Below, piece by piece: positions 35,896 to 43,191 of a stretch of 43,191 bases of DNA. The stretch is from a virus (Duplodnaviria > Caudoviricetes): positions 1 through 43,191 of the IMG/VR virus record IMGVR_UViG_3300048606_000021; one strand, given 5' to 3'. Made by a program: the position numbers and the translations under genes. Numbering within the stretch: the stretch's first letter is position 1; every line of letters begins with the position of its first letter. A model generated the notes under the pieces. The model was not told where the DNA came from and searched no databases. It was given only the letters and a program-made list of their open reading frames with translations.

Positions 35896-35909
35896 AACGA
35901 GTAGACAGC

Positions 35910-36170
35910 ATGCAACTTCCCATCGAAATCACGGATATCACCCTCGGCGAGGTCTATCGGGCCATCGTGGCGCAGGCCAGCGACGTGGCCGAGATCAAAT
36001 CCGACGTGAAACAGCAGACAGGCACGGTTGCGGACCTGAAAACCCGCGTGACGGTGCTGGAGGATCGCGGCACGCAGGCCAAGGACAACCAGGCGCGCTA
36101 TGCGGGCTGGTTCGGCGTCGCTGGCACGGTCGGGACATGGGTTTATCAGCTCTATACCCACAAGCCATGA
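35910..36170 (+). CDS. Holin-like protein (coiled-coil plus C-terminal hydrophobic segment)
   Basis: RVTVLED...YAGWFGVAGTVGTWVY; coupled to endolysin. Confidence 0.55.
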   Translation: MQLPIEITDITLGEVYRAIVAQASDVAEIKSDVKQQTGTVADLKTRVTVLEDRGTQAKDNQARYAGWFGVAGTVGTWVYQLYTHKP

Positions 36171-36688
36171 GCACCCTGTATCGCCGCGAAATCGAGATCG
36201 CCGCCAAGGCCGCCGGGCTCGATCCGGACGCGCAAGAGGCCGTGGTAATGCAGGAGTCGTCTGGCCGTGCGGACGCCTTCCGCGTAGAGCCGGCGTTCTA
36301 TCAGCGCTACCTGGCCGGCGATCCGTTTTACGCCTCATTCGAGAACCCGCGCCGCGTGGGCAGCTCCTACGGGCTCATGCAGATCATGTATTCCACGGCG
36401 CGTCAATACGGGTTCCGTGGCGCCCCCGAGGAACTGTTCGGTATCGAAGTGAATTTGCGTCTTGGCGCCAAGATCCTGGCGTCGCTGCTCCACACGAACG
36501 GCGGGCGCCTCGCCGACGCGCTGGCGGCCTACAACGGCGGCCCTGGCGGCGTGGGTAGGCCGGTCCCGATGGCCTACGCCAAGAGCGTCCTGGCGCGCAT
36601 GGACAAGATCAAGGCGGCCGGCGCGTTCGTGGACGCGCTGTCCAAATCTGACGTGGGCGCCGACGTGCCCGGCGGCGGTGCGGCATGA
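36167..36688 (+). CDS. Lytic transglycosylase (SLT) endolysin
   Basis: QESS, GLMQI, ALAAYNGG. Confidence 0.92.
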   Translation: MSTLYRREIEIAAKAAGLDPDAQEAVVMQESSGRADAFRVEPAFYQRYLAGDPFYASFENPRRVGSSYGLMQIMYSTARQYGFRGAPEELFGIEVNLRLGAKILASLLHTNGGRLADALAAYNGGPGGVGRPVPMAYAKSVLARMDKIKAAGAFVDALSKSDVGADVPGGGAA

Positions 36689-36960
36689 AGCTGGGCGGCG
36701 ACGGACAGAAGATGCAACTTGGCGGCGTGGCTGAGCCAACGGGCGGCACGATGCGAGAGCTCTTCACGCCGGCCCCGCGCCCTGACGTGATCGCCGAAGA
36801 CGGCACCGAATACGAGACGGTGTGGTATCCGCACGCCGCCGCGGCGAGCCTCTTGCCCGATGGCGGCCCGAGTCGGCAATCCACGCTCGTGACTCGCGGG
36901 ACCGTCCGCATTATCCCCACGGATCACAACAAGAAAGATCGCTGGAGTTGGCTCGGATGA
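36685..36960 (+). CDS. Hypothetical protein
   Basis: ATGA-coupled. Confidence 0.5.
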   Translation: MKLGGDGQKMQLGGVAEPTGGTMRELFTPAPRPDVIAEDGTEYETVWYPHAAAASLLPDGGPSRQSTLVTRGTVRIIPTDHNKKDRWSWLG

Positions 36961-37121
36961 GGACGAGATATTTGGACGGCTCGCGCTTTGCCCCGCGCTT
37001 CTGGTCGTGGCTTGTAGCGCTCGTGCTCGGCATGCTGCTTGGCCTCTGGCTGGCCGGCGGCGATCGTGACCCATCGGCCGCTGAACTGCGGCCCCACGCG
37101 CTCCAGGGCGTCGAAAGGTAA
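36957..37121 (+). CDS. Small membrane protein
   Basis: TM FWSWLVALVLGMLLGLWLA. Confidence 0.55.
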   Translation: MRTRYLDGSRFAPRFWSWLVALVLGMLLGLWLAGGDRDPSAAELRPHALQGVER

Positions 37122-37124
37122 ACG

Positions 37125-38522
37125 ATGGCTGATTCGTGGACAGACGTAGCCCCACACCCCCGCGGCGGATTCGTGCGCGCGGTGTCGGAGCCCGGCGCCG
37201 TGCGGATCGAATGGAACGGCGTCTTGCAGTGGCGCATGAAGGTCGAGACTGATTTTCTCCGCTACCTGCGCGTCGTGGTGTCGCCGAGCGGGACCATGGC
37301 CGCGATTGGGCAGAGCGGCGAAGGTTTCGCGCTTCTGGTGATGGCGCAGAGCGTCATGAACATCGGATTGACGCTAGGCATGTTCCCCGTCGCGCTCCGC
37401 TACGAGGGCGAGACGCTGCATACCTACCGCTGTGGCCCTGAAGACTTCGTGCCGCTCTACCTCGATGGCGTCGAGATCTTGAAGATGCACGCGGTGGAGG
37501 GGATCCGTGACGTGCTGGCTGACGGCACGATCATCCACGGCCAGCAGACGGCGGCCGGCGTGTTCGATGGTCACAACTTCGGCCAGTACACACGGAAAGA
37601 CGGTTGGATCGTCGGTCAGTCCGGATTCTCCATCGCGTGCCTCCACGAGGCCACGCACCAATTCTTTACCGCGCGCCGCGGGTCTATGGCTGAGGGCGTC
37701 CATTTCGCGACGCAGGGATCAACCATCGCGGTTGTCGCCTTCACCGAGGCCGGCTCCTTTTTCCAGACGTTCACGCCGCCGTATCCGGTGGACGTGGTAG
37801 CGCCGCCGATTCCGCCCCCTCCCCCTCCAGACGATGAGGTTGACATGAGCTTCGATCCGAAAATGCCCAATCGGCTTGACGTAGTGGCACAGGTGAAGGC
37901 CGCGCACCCTGCGGAATGGGACGCCCGCGAGGACTTGCGCTTCATCAAGCGGCTGGCCTGGACGCTCCATCAGATCGACTCGCGCTTCGGGTTGCTGGGC
38001 AAGCGGCAGACCGATGTCATCGCGGCCGACACAATTACCTTTCTCAATCCGACCGTCGATCCGCAGTTGGCGCCGGAGTTGAGCTGTGAGGCCGCCGACG
38101 TGATTGGCGCCTCGCATACCGCCAACGCGCAGCCAGCATGGAACCCGATCACGGTGCCCGTGCGCGAGGGCGGCGCCGGCGCGAAGTGGATCAAGCCGCA
38201 GCCGGTTGGCAATGAGTTTCCGCCCCCGCCCGTGGACGACGAAGACGAAGACGATCCGCCGCCTGTGGACTTGGCGCCCATCCTGGCGCGGCTCTTGGCG
38301 GCCGAGGCGAAGATTACCGAGCTCCAGCGCGCCGAGGCGGATCTGCTCGATCAGGTGCATCAGCTCGACGGAACGACCGTCAAGGTGGGCCAGCCGATCG
38401 ATCCGGTTGCAGTCGGCGCGGCGGTCGCTGCAGCGCTCGACGGCTACGAGGTCAACGGCAAAACGTCAAACACGTTCGGCCATCAGCACGTCGTCAAGCT
38501 CAACATCACGAGGCGCAAGTGA
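37125..38522 (+). CDS. Multidomain protein with Pro-rich linkers and possible internal start
   Basis: Beta-rich N-domain, PPIPPPPPPDDEVDM, middle domain, PPPP-acidic linker, coiled-coil. Confidence 0.7.
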   Translation: MADSWTDVAPHPRGGFVRAVSEPGAVRIEWNGVLQWRMKVETDFLRYLRVVVSPSGTMAAIGQSGEGFALLVMAQSVMNIGLTLGMFPVALRYEGETLHTYRCGPEDFVPLYLDGVEILKMHAVEGIRDVLADGTIIHGQQTAAGVFDGHNFGQYTRKDGWIVGQSGFSIACLHEATHQFFTARRGSMAEGVHFATQGSTIAVVAFTEAGSFFQTFTPPYPVDVVAPPIPPPPPPDDEVDMSFDPKMPNRLDVVAQVKAAHPAEWDAREDLRFIKRLAWTLHQIDSRFGLLGKRQTDVIAADTITFLNPTVDPQLAPELSCEAADVIGASHTANAQPAWNPITVPVREGGAGAKWIKPQPVGNEFPPPPVDDEDEDDPPPVDLAPILARLLAAEAKITELQRAEADLLDQVHQLDGTTVKVGQPIDPVAVGAAVAAALDGYEVNGKTSNTFGHQHVVKLNITRRK

Positions 38523-38635
38523 TTGCCGCGTTCGTGGCGGGCCTGTTCGTAGGGATCTTGATTACTGGCTTGGCGCTGTTTATCGGCGCCACGCTGGCGG
38601 CTCTTGGCCGTGACGATGGGGCGATCCGGCCATGA
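38519..38635 (+). CDS. Small hydrophobic membrane peptide (38 aa)
   Basis: VIAAFVAGLFVGILITGLALFIGATLAAL; coupled on both sides. Confidence 0.5.
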   Translation: MIAAFVAGLFVGILITGLALFIGATLAALGRDDGAIRP

Positions 38636-39060
38636 CCGTGATTGCCGCGATCGATGAACACTTCCCGCTCGGCACCACAACGGGCAACCATCGTGACGCC
38701 GGGCGCTCAATGACGCTGACCGAGCCGTTCCGGTTTGTCGATGGCCCGCTTGTGGTCGATGTCCCGGTCGGCTTTACGACGGATTACAACTCGGTCCCTC
38801 GCGGGCTCTGGAATTTCTTCCCGCCGTGGGAATACCCCGAAGCCGGCGTCGTTCACGATTTCCTCTATCGGTCGCCGGGCACGCTGACGCGCGGCCAGGT
38901 CGATGACATTCACGGCCGGATCATGGAGATCGAGGGCGCGGGCTTCTGGCTGCGCCGCGGCGCGCGCATGGGCCTGCGGCTCGGCGGCTGGAGTCCTTGG
39001 TCCAAGTACCGCGATGCCGAGCGAGTCAAGGGCGTCGCCGGACCAAAGGATGCTGCCTAA
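38632..39060 (+). CDS. DUF1353-family protein
   Basis: VPVGFTTDYNSVPR...AGVVHDFLY. Confidence 0.85.
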   Translation: MTVIAAIDEHFPLGTTTGNHRDAGRSMTLTEPFRFVDGPLVVDVPVGFTTDYNSVPRGLWNFFPPWEYPEAGVVHDFLYRSPGTLTRGQVDDIHGRIMEIEGAGFWLRRGARMGLRLGGWSPWSKYRDAERVKGVAGPKDAA

Positions 39061-39308
39061 TGGCCGATTTCTCGCCGGCCGCCACGTTCAAGGCCGTCCA
39101 CGCCACGCTCAATGACGCCTTCGCGGCGATCCCTGACGGCCGCAACCATGCCGTGCTAGTGGATGCGACCGCGAGTCAGGCCGATGGCGTCGCTGCCCGC
39201 GTGCTCTATGTGCAGCGCGCGCCGAAGGGCTGGAACATCGTCCTGCAAGTCGGCTACGACGCAGAGCACGGCCTGTCGTCGGGTGTTGGGACTTTTAAGT
39301 CATGGTAA
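39060..39308 (+). CDS. Hypothetical protein
   Basis: TAATG coupling; beta-rich C-terminus ending in W. Confidence 0.55.
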   Translation: MADFSPAATFKAVHATLNDAFAAIPDGRNHAVLVDATASQADGVAARVLYVQRAPKGWNIVLQVGYDAEHGLSSGVGTFKSW

Positions 39309-39322
39309 TCGGGGGTTGGCCA

Positions 39323-39946
39323 ATGAAATTCCGAACTGTCTGCCTTTGCGCTCTTCTGTTGGCGATTTGCAACACGGCGCATGCCGCTGACTGGACCGCC
39401 ATCGCGAAAAAGGCCAACGAGTCCATCGTCTACATCGAAAGCGCGTCCGGCTCGTGTACCGGGTTCGTGATCAACAGCGACGCCAAGGGCGGCAAAGACT
39501 ACATCCAGACGGCCGCGCACTGCGTGGGCGCGGATATCTTCGCGGATTCCGCCGTCGCGCGCGTGATCTGGAAAGACACCAAGCACGATCTGGCGATTCT
39601 CGAGGTTGAGGACACCGGCCGCCCGGCGCTCCGGCTCGCGAAAAGCAACCCGCAGATCGGCGAAGAGGTTGCCAGTTACGGCTACGGCATGGCGCTGGCC
39701 CGGCCGATGTTCCGCACGGCGCACGTCAGCGACGACGCGAGCGAGCTCCCCGAGATCGAGGGCGGGCCGTTCGTGATGATCGATGCGGCCTACGTCGGCG
39801 GGCAGTCGGGCGGGCCGTGCATCAACGCGGCCGGCGAAGTCGTCTCGATTGTGCAGCGCGCGTCGGGGCTGGTTGGCGTCGGCGTCGGCGCTGAGCGCCT
39901 CGCGTCCAGGGCCGGGCGCTACTACGAAAAGGCGGTCAAGCCTTGA
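39323..39946 (+). CDS. Secreted trypsin-like (S1) serine protease
   Basis: Signal peptide MKFRTVCLCALLLAICNTAHA; TAAHC, DLAIL, GQSGGP triad. Confidence 0.9.
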   Translation: MKFRTVCLCALLLAICNTAHAADWTAIAKKANESIVYIESASGSCTGFVINSDAKGGKDYIQTAAHCVGADIFADSAVARVIWKDTKHDLAILEVEDTGRPALRLAKSNPQIGEEVASYGYGMALARPMFRTAHVSDDASELPEIEGGPFVMIDAAYVGGQSGGPCINAAGEVVSIVQRASGLVGVGVGAERLASRAGRYYEKAVKP

Positions 39947-40161
39947 GCGGCAAGCGGATCGTATTCCTTCGGCCCGATGGCATCGCGCAGATCATGGGGA
40001 CCGATGAGTCGTTCGAGACGCTACCCGTCACGGCTGAGAACTTCGTTGCCGGCGGGCGACTCGTGCCGTTCGCGAGCCTGTATCGCGTGACGCCGCGGGC
40101 GGCTTGGTACAAAGAGCCCATCGCGCCGGGATCGCGGACTCTTCACGAGGCGCAGCGGTGA
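39943..40161 (+). CDS. Hypothetical protein
   Basis: Coupled. Confidence 0.5.
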   Translation: MSGKRIVFLRPDGIAQIMGTDESFETLPVTAENFVAGGRLVPFASLYRVTPRAAWYKEPIAPGSRTLHEAQR

Positions 40162-40364
40162 TCGACTTCGAGGCGATGTATCTCGCGTTCCTGCGGCGCG
40201 GCGGCTTCTTTCAGCCGTGCGTGAGCGAGGACGCAGAGCGCTACGCGAGACAGAAAGACACACGGCCGATTATCGATGTCAAGACGGAATGCCCGCACGG
40301 CAAAACGGCCCTGACGTGCCCGACGTGCTATCAGTCGGGATTTGAGCGAGGTAACGCGGTTTGA
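40158..40364 (+). CDS. Small Zn-binding hypothetical protein
   Basis: CPHG...CPTC; GAGG SD. Confidence 0.5.
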   Translation: MIDFEAMYLAFLRRGGFFQPCVSEDAERYARQKDTRPIIDVKTECPHGKTALTCPTCYQSGFERGNAV

Positions 40365-41524
40365 GCCAATACGCCAAGGGCAAGGGGCCAACGTGCCTCG
40401 AATGCCACAAGAACGAAGTCCGCACGCGCGGCGCGGCGACGTGCGCGCAGTGCAGCCGGACGCCTGGCTGGCACCTACCCAAGGACGCGCCAGCGCCGCA
40501 ACTGGTCAAGGCCGATCAGGACCGCATCCGGCACGCTGGCGCCATCGATTCGCTTAAGAAGCGGTATGCCGCCGCCCTGCATACGATCGCTCAGCAGGAA
40601 ACAGCCCTGTCCGCGCTCGGCGCGCTCGGCGACCGGATCGACACCTTCAAGATCGAGCCCAAGTTACCCAGCAAGACCGCCGAAGGCACCGTCGTGCTTG
40701 TCGGCTCCGACTGGCACATCGAAGAGAACGTCGGCGCCGAAGTGGGCGGCCTGAACCGCTACAACCTGGCCATCGCCAAGCGCCGCGCCACGCAGTTCTT
40801 TCAGTCCGGACTCCGGCTGACGACCCTGCTCCAGAAGGACATCCAGATCGGCACGATGGTGCTCGCGCTGCTGGGCGACTTCATCTCCAACGACATTCAC
40901 GAAGAATTTCCCGAGGTCAACGAGCAGACGCCAATGCACGCGATCGTCACGGCGCAAGGCTTCATCGCGTCGGGGATTCAATTCCTGCTGGACAATTCCA
41001 AGCTTGACCTGTTGATCCCGTGCCACTCCGGCAACCACGGCCGGACGACGCGAACGACGCGATTTGGAACCGAAAACGGTCACTCGCTCGAGTTCCTGAT
41101 GTACTCGCACCTGGCGGCCTACTTCCGCCATGAGCCGCGCGTGCGCTTCCTGATCCCCGAGGGGATGCACAGCTACGTGCAGGTTTACGACTCACTGATC
41201 CGGTTCCAGCACGGGCACGCCATCAAATACGGCGGGGGCGTCGGCGGGATCTACATTCCCGTTAATAAAGCGATTAGCCAGTGGAATAAGGGCCGCCGGG
41301 CCGATCTCGACGTGTTCGGGCACTTTCACCAGATGCGCGACGGCGGCAACTTCGTGTGTAACGGCTCGCTGATCGGTTACAGTTCGTTCGCGCTGAGCAT
41401 CAAGGCCGACTACGAGCCGCCAAAGCAAGCGCTTTTCCTGATGGACAAAAAGCGCGGCCGGACAGCAACCTGGCCCGTTCTTTTTGACGACGCAGCGCCG
41501 GTTACTGCGCGAAAGGCCGCGTAG
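40361..41524 (+). CDS. Calcineurin-like metallophosphoesterase with N-terminal Zn finger
   Basis: SDWH, LGDFI, GNHGR, HGH, GHFH; CLEC...CAQC. Confidence 0.88.
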   Translation: MSQYAKGKGPTCLECHKNEVRTRGAATCAQCSRTPGWHLPKDAPAPQLVKADQDRIRHAGAIDSLKKRYAAALHTIAQQETALSALGALGDRIDTFKIEPKLPSKTAEGTVVLVGSDWHIEENVGAEVGGLNRYNLAIAKRRATQFFQSGLRLTTLLQKDIQIGTMVLALLGDFISNDIHEEFPEVNEQTPMHAIVTAQGFIASGIQFLLDNSKLDLLIPCHSGNHGRTTRTTRFGTENGHSLEFLMYSHLAAYFRHEPRVRFLIPEGMHSYVQVYDSLIRFQHGHAIKYGGGVGGIYIPVNKAISQWNKGRRADLDVFGHFHQMRDGGNFVCNGSLIGYSSFALSIKADYEPPKQALFLMDKKRGRTATWPVLFDDAAPVTARKAA

Positions 41525-41525
41525 C

Positions 41526-42074
41526 TTGGAGTCGGCCTTGGCGTGGATCGGGCAACTCGCGGAGTGGGTTAGCCGTTTCATTCCTCGCTGGTTCGTGCTG
41601 GACGTGCGCGTCGGCGGCGTCAAGTACGTGCGCGGCTCGCGCGTCGTCAAGCTGGGGCCAGGGATTCACTGGTATTGGCCGCTGGTCACGACCTACGACA
41701 CCTACCCCACGGTGCGCCAGACCGACAATCTAGCCTCACAGACCATTGAGACGCGCGACGGCTACACGATCACGGTTGGCGGCATGCTCGTTTACGAAGT
41801 GATCGACGTAGAACGATTGCTCACGACCGTGCATCACGCGATGCGGGCCGTGCAAGATATCGCCCTGACGGCGATCCACGACGTGTGCGCCAACATGGCA
41901 TGGGCCGAGCTCTGCGACGAACATCGCCGCGGCACGCTCGATACCAAGCTCCGCAACGCCGCACAAAAACAGCTCGCCGAGTACGGTGTCAGGGTGCTTA
42001 AGTGCATGCTCACGGACCTGGCGAAGACGCGCGTTTACCGCCTCATTCAGTCAAACCAGCAGGATAACTCTTGA
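41526..42074 (+). CDS. SPFH/Band-7 domain protein
   Basis: LGPGIHWYWP...QTIETRDG..ITV...YGVRV; TTG start 1 nt after previous stop. Confidence 0.8.
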   Translation: MESALAWIGQLAEWVSRFIPRWFVLDVRVGGVKYVRGSRVVKLGPGIHWYWPLVTTYDTYPTVRQTDNLASQTIETRDGYTITVGGMLVYEVIDVERLLTTVHHAMRAVQDIALTAIHDVCANMAWAELCDEHRRGTLDTKLRNAAQKQLAEYGVRVLKCMLTDLAKTRVYRLIQSNQQDNS

Positions 42075-42541
42075 ACGATAAATCGGCTCAACCATGCGGC
42101 TGCGATCCGGGTTGCGGGCCATTGGGCCATCTTTGCGAGCGCCACACCAAAGAATTAGAGCACAACCTGCGCGCCAGATTCACGCGCCTGGAGCCGGAGA
42201 GCCTTACGGCAGTCGGGATCGGCGGGGCGCCGACGCGAGCCACGACGCTCCCGAAGGACGCCGCCGGCCGCAAGCAGTTCCCGATGGCCACGGGCCTGCT
42301 GTTCTACTTCCCTGACGCGCTCGCCGCGGTCGCCAATCTGTCGTATCGCGGGAACCAGCAGCACAACCCCGGCAAGCCGCTGCATTGGGATCGGTCGAAG
42401 TCTACCGACGAAGCCGACACGCTAATCCGTCACCTGGCCGAAAGCGGCACGATCGACACCGATGGCGTCAGGCACTCAACCAAAGTCGCGTGGCGCGCGC
42501 TCGCGCTACTCCAGAAAGAATTAGAGGCAGACCGCACATGA
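42071..42541 (+). CDS. dATP/dGTP diphosphohydrolase-domain (DUF5664-like) protein
   Basis: FPDALAAVANLSYRGNQQH...W...DTLIRHL...D.DG..H...VAWRALAL. Confidence 0.75.
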   Translation: MNDKSAQPCGCDPGCGPLGHLCERHTKELEHNLRARFTRLEPESLTAVGIGGAPTRATTLPKDAAGRKQFPMATGLLFYFPDALAAVANLSYRGNQQHNPGKPLHWDRSKSTDEADTLIRHLAESGTIDTDGVRHSTKVAWRALALLQKELEADRT

Positions 42542-42786
42542 GGCCGTACCTGATCGTGTGGGCGCGCGCGTTCTTGATCGTCGCGATCACCGCTACAAAC
42601 GTGGTGAACATCTCGCGCGGTCACTACGGCCTCGCTTTCGTCTCGGGCGGCGCGTTGTCGGCGATCTGGTGGGGCAATAGCCGCACGGCGGCGCGCTCGG
42701 AGCTGCCCGGCGCGTGGGCTGCCTACGCCTTCGGTGCGGCCTGCGGCACGGCCGCCGGCATGTGGCTCGGACGGTTACTTCAGTAA
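42538..42786 (+). CDS. Small multi-pass membrane protein
   Basis: About three hydrophobic segments; YAFGAACGTAAGM. Confidence 0.6.
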   Translation: MRPYLIVWARAFLIVAITATNVVNISRGHYGLAFVSGGALSAIWWGNSRTAARSELPGAWAAYAFGAACGTAAGMWLGRLLQ

Positions 42787-42797
42787 CGGAGACAGCA

Positions 42798-43019
42798 TTG
42801 AAAACCAAGACGATCGGCTATTTCCCCACGATCGAAGGCAAGCCGGCCCGCATGCACGACATGGGTCAAATCTGCTACGCCGCGGACAGTTTTCCCGTGA
42901 AGCTGGAACCGAGCCGCCGCACCGTCACTCGGCAGATCGCGAAGTCGCTGGCGTTTCGCCGGTCGCTTGGCTGGACGGACACCACGAACCGCTACGGCAT
43001 CGCGCGCGTCGCGGCCTGA
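42798..43019 (+). CDS. Hypothetical protein
   Basis: GGAG SD before TTG 42798. Confidence 0.55.
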   Translation: MKTKTIGYFPTIEGKPARMHDMGQICYAADSFPVKLEPSRRTVTRQIAKSLAFRRSLGWTDTTNRYGIARVAA

Positions 43020-43065
43020 AATTGCAAATGGCACTCGAAGGCACTACAGGCCCGACTTTCGCCGC

Positions 43066-43191
43066 CCCTATCCGCCCCTGAGCGGATCGCGTTTCTTGGA
43101 AATGTTAGGAAAACGGCCTGCTTGTGGTGTTTTTTAGGCTCAAGGCGTCGGCTTCGGAGGCCAACGCTCTATCCAACTGAGCTACGGGCGC
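43066..43191 (+). repeat. Terminal direct repeat copy 2
   Basis: Identical to 1-126. Confidence 0.95.

Larger units (their letters stand above)
1..43191. mobile_element. Complete temperate P22-like (podovirus-type) phage genome, circular/excised form
   Basis: Integrase, repressor switch, replication, terminase, portal, scaffold, P22-type coat, neck, ejection and lysis genes in canonical order; no tape-measure or sheath gene seen; ends overlap by 126 bp. Confidence 0.95.

Noticed and set aside
42071-42541. 2-aminoadenine or 7-deazaguanine DNA modification system
   Set aside because: No purZ, datZ, dpdA, que/fol genes or DNA polymerase recognised
43066-43191. Biological terminal repeat or attL/attR pair
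   Set aside because: 126 bp equals k-1 for k=127, and it includes 82 bp of non-tRNA phage sequence with no host flanks; best read as circular assembly overlap
1-43191. Stop-codon recoding
   Set aside because: Core genes are full length in the standard code; TAG, TAA and TGA all end genes

Overview
This window looks like a complete GC-rich temperate phage genome (about 43,065 bp as a circle; the 126-bp terminal overlap is most likely an assembler k-1 overlap) with P22-like podovirus morphogenesis genes. Order: attP containing the 5' half of tRNA-Arg(CCG); tyrosine integrase and cI (minus strand); cro, xis-like and cII-like genes; early genes (27-nt repeat protein, A1S_2505-like protein, a 5'-3' exonuclease/RecT-like annealase fusion with an internal start, an SSB-tail protein, NinB, HNH, two DNA methyltransferases, VRR-NUC); primase-helicase followed by a phased-iteron origin; TerS, a small-ORF insert and TerL; portal, scaffold, a ~400-nt structured non-coding region and coat; decoration, neck, fibre and ejection proteins; lysis genes; and a late accessory cluster (S1 protease, metallophosphoesterase, SPFH, dATP/dGTP diphosphohydrolase-like). 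The strongest leads are: (1) the exonuclease-annealase fusion apparently made in two isoforms; (2) the large nested RNA structure with a possible pseudoknot in front of the coat gene; (3) a genome-wide palindromic site TTGCGT-N2-ACGCAA over many promoters, several apparently leaderless; (4) a nested out-of-frame beta-subunit gene inside the C5 methyltransferase; (5) integration via a tRNA 5' half by an integrase lacking its canonical first Arg. All family calls come from motif recognition by eye; no searches or folding were run.
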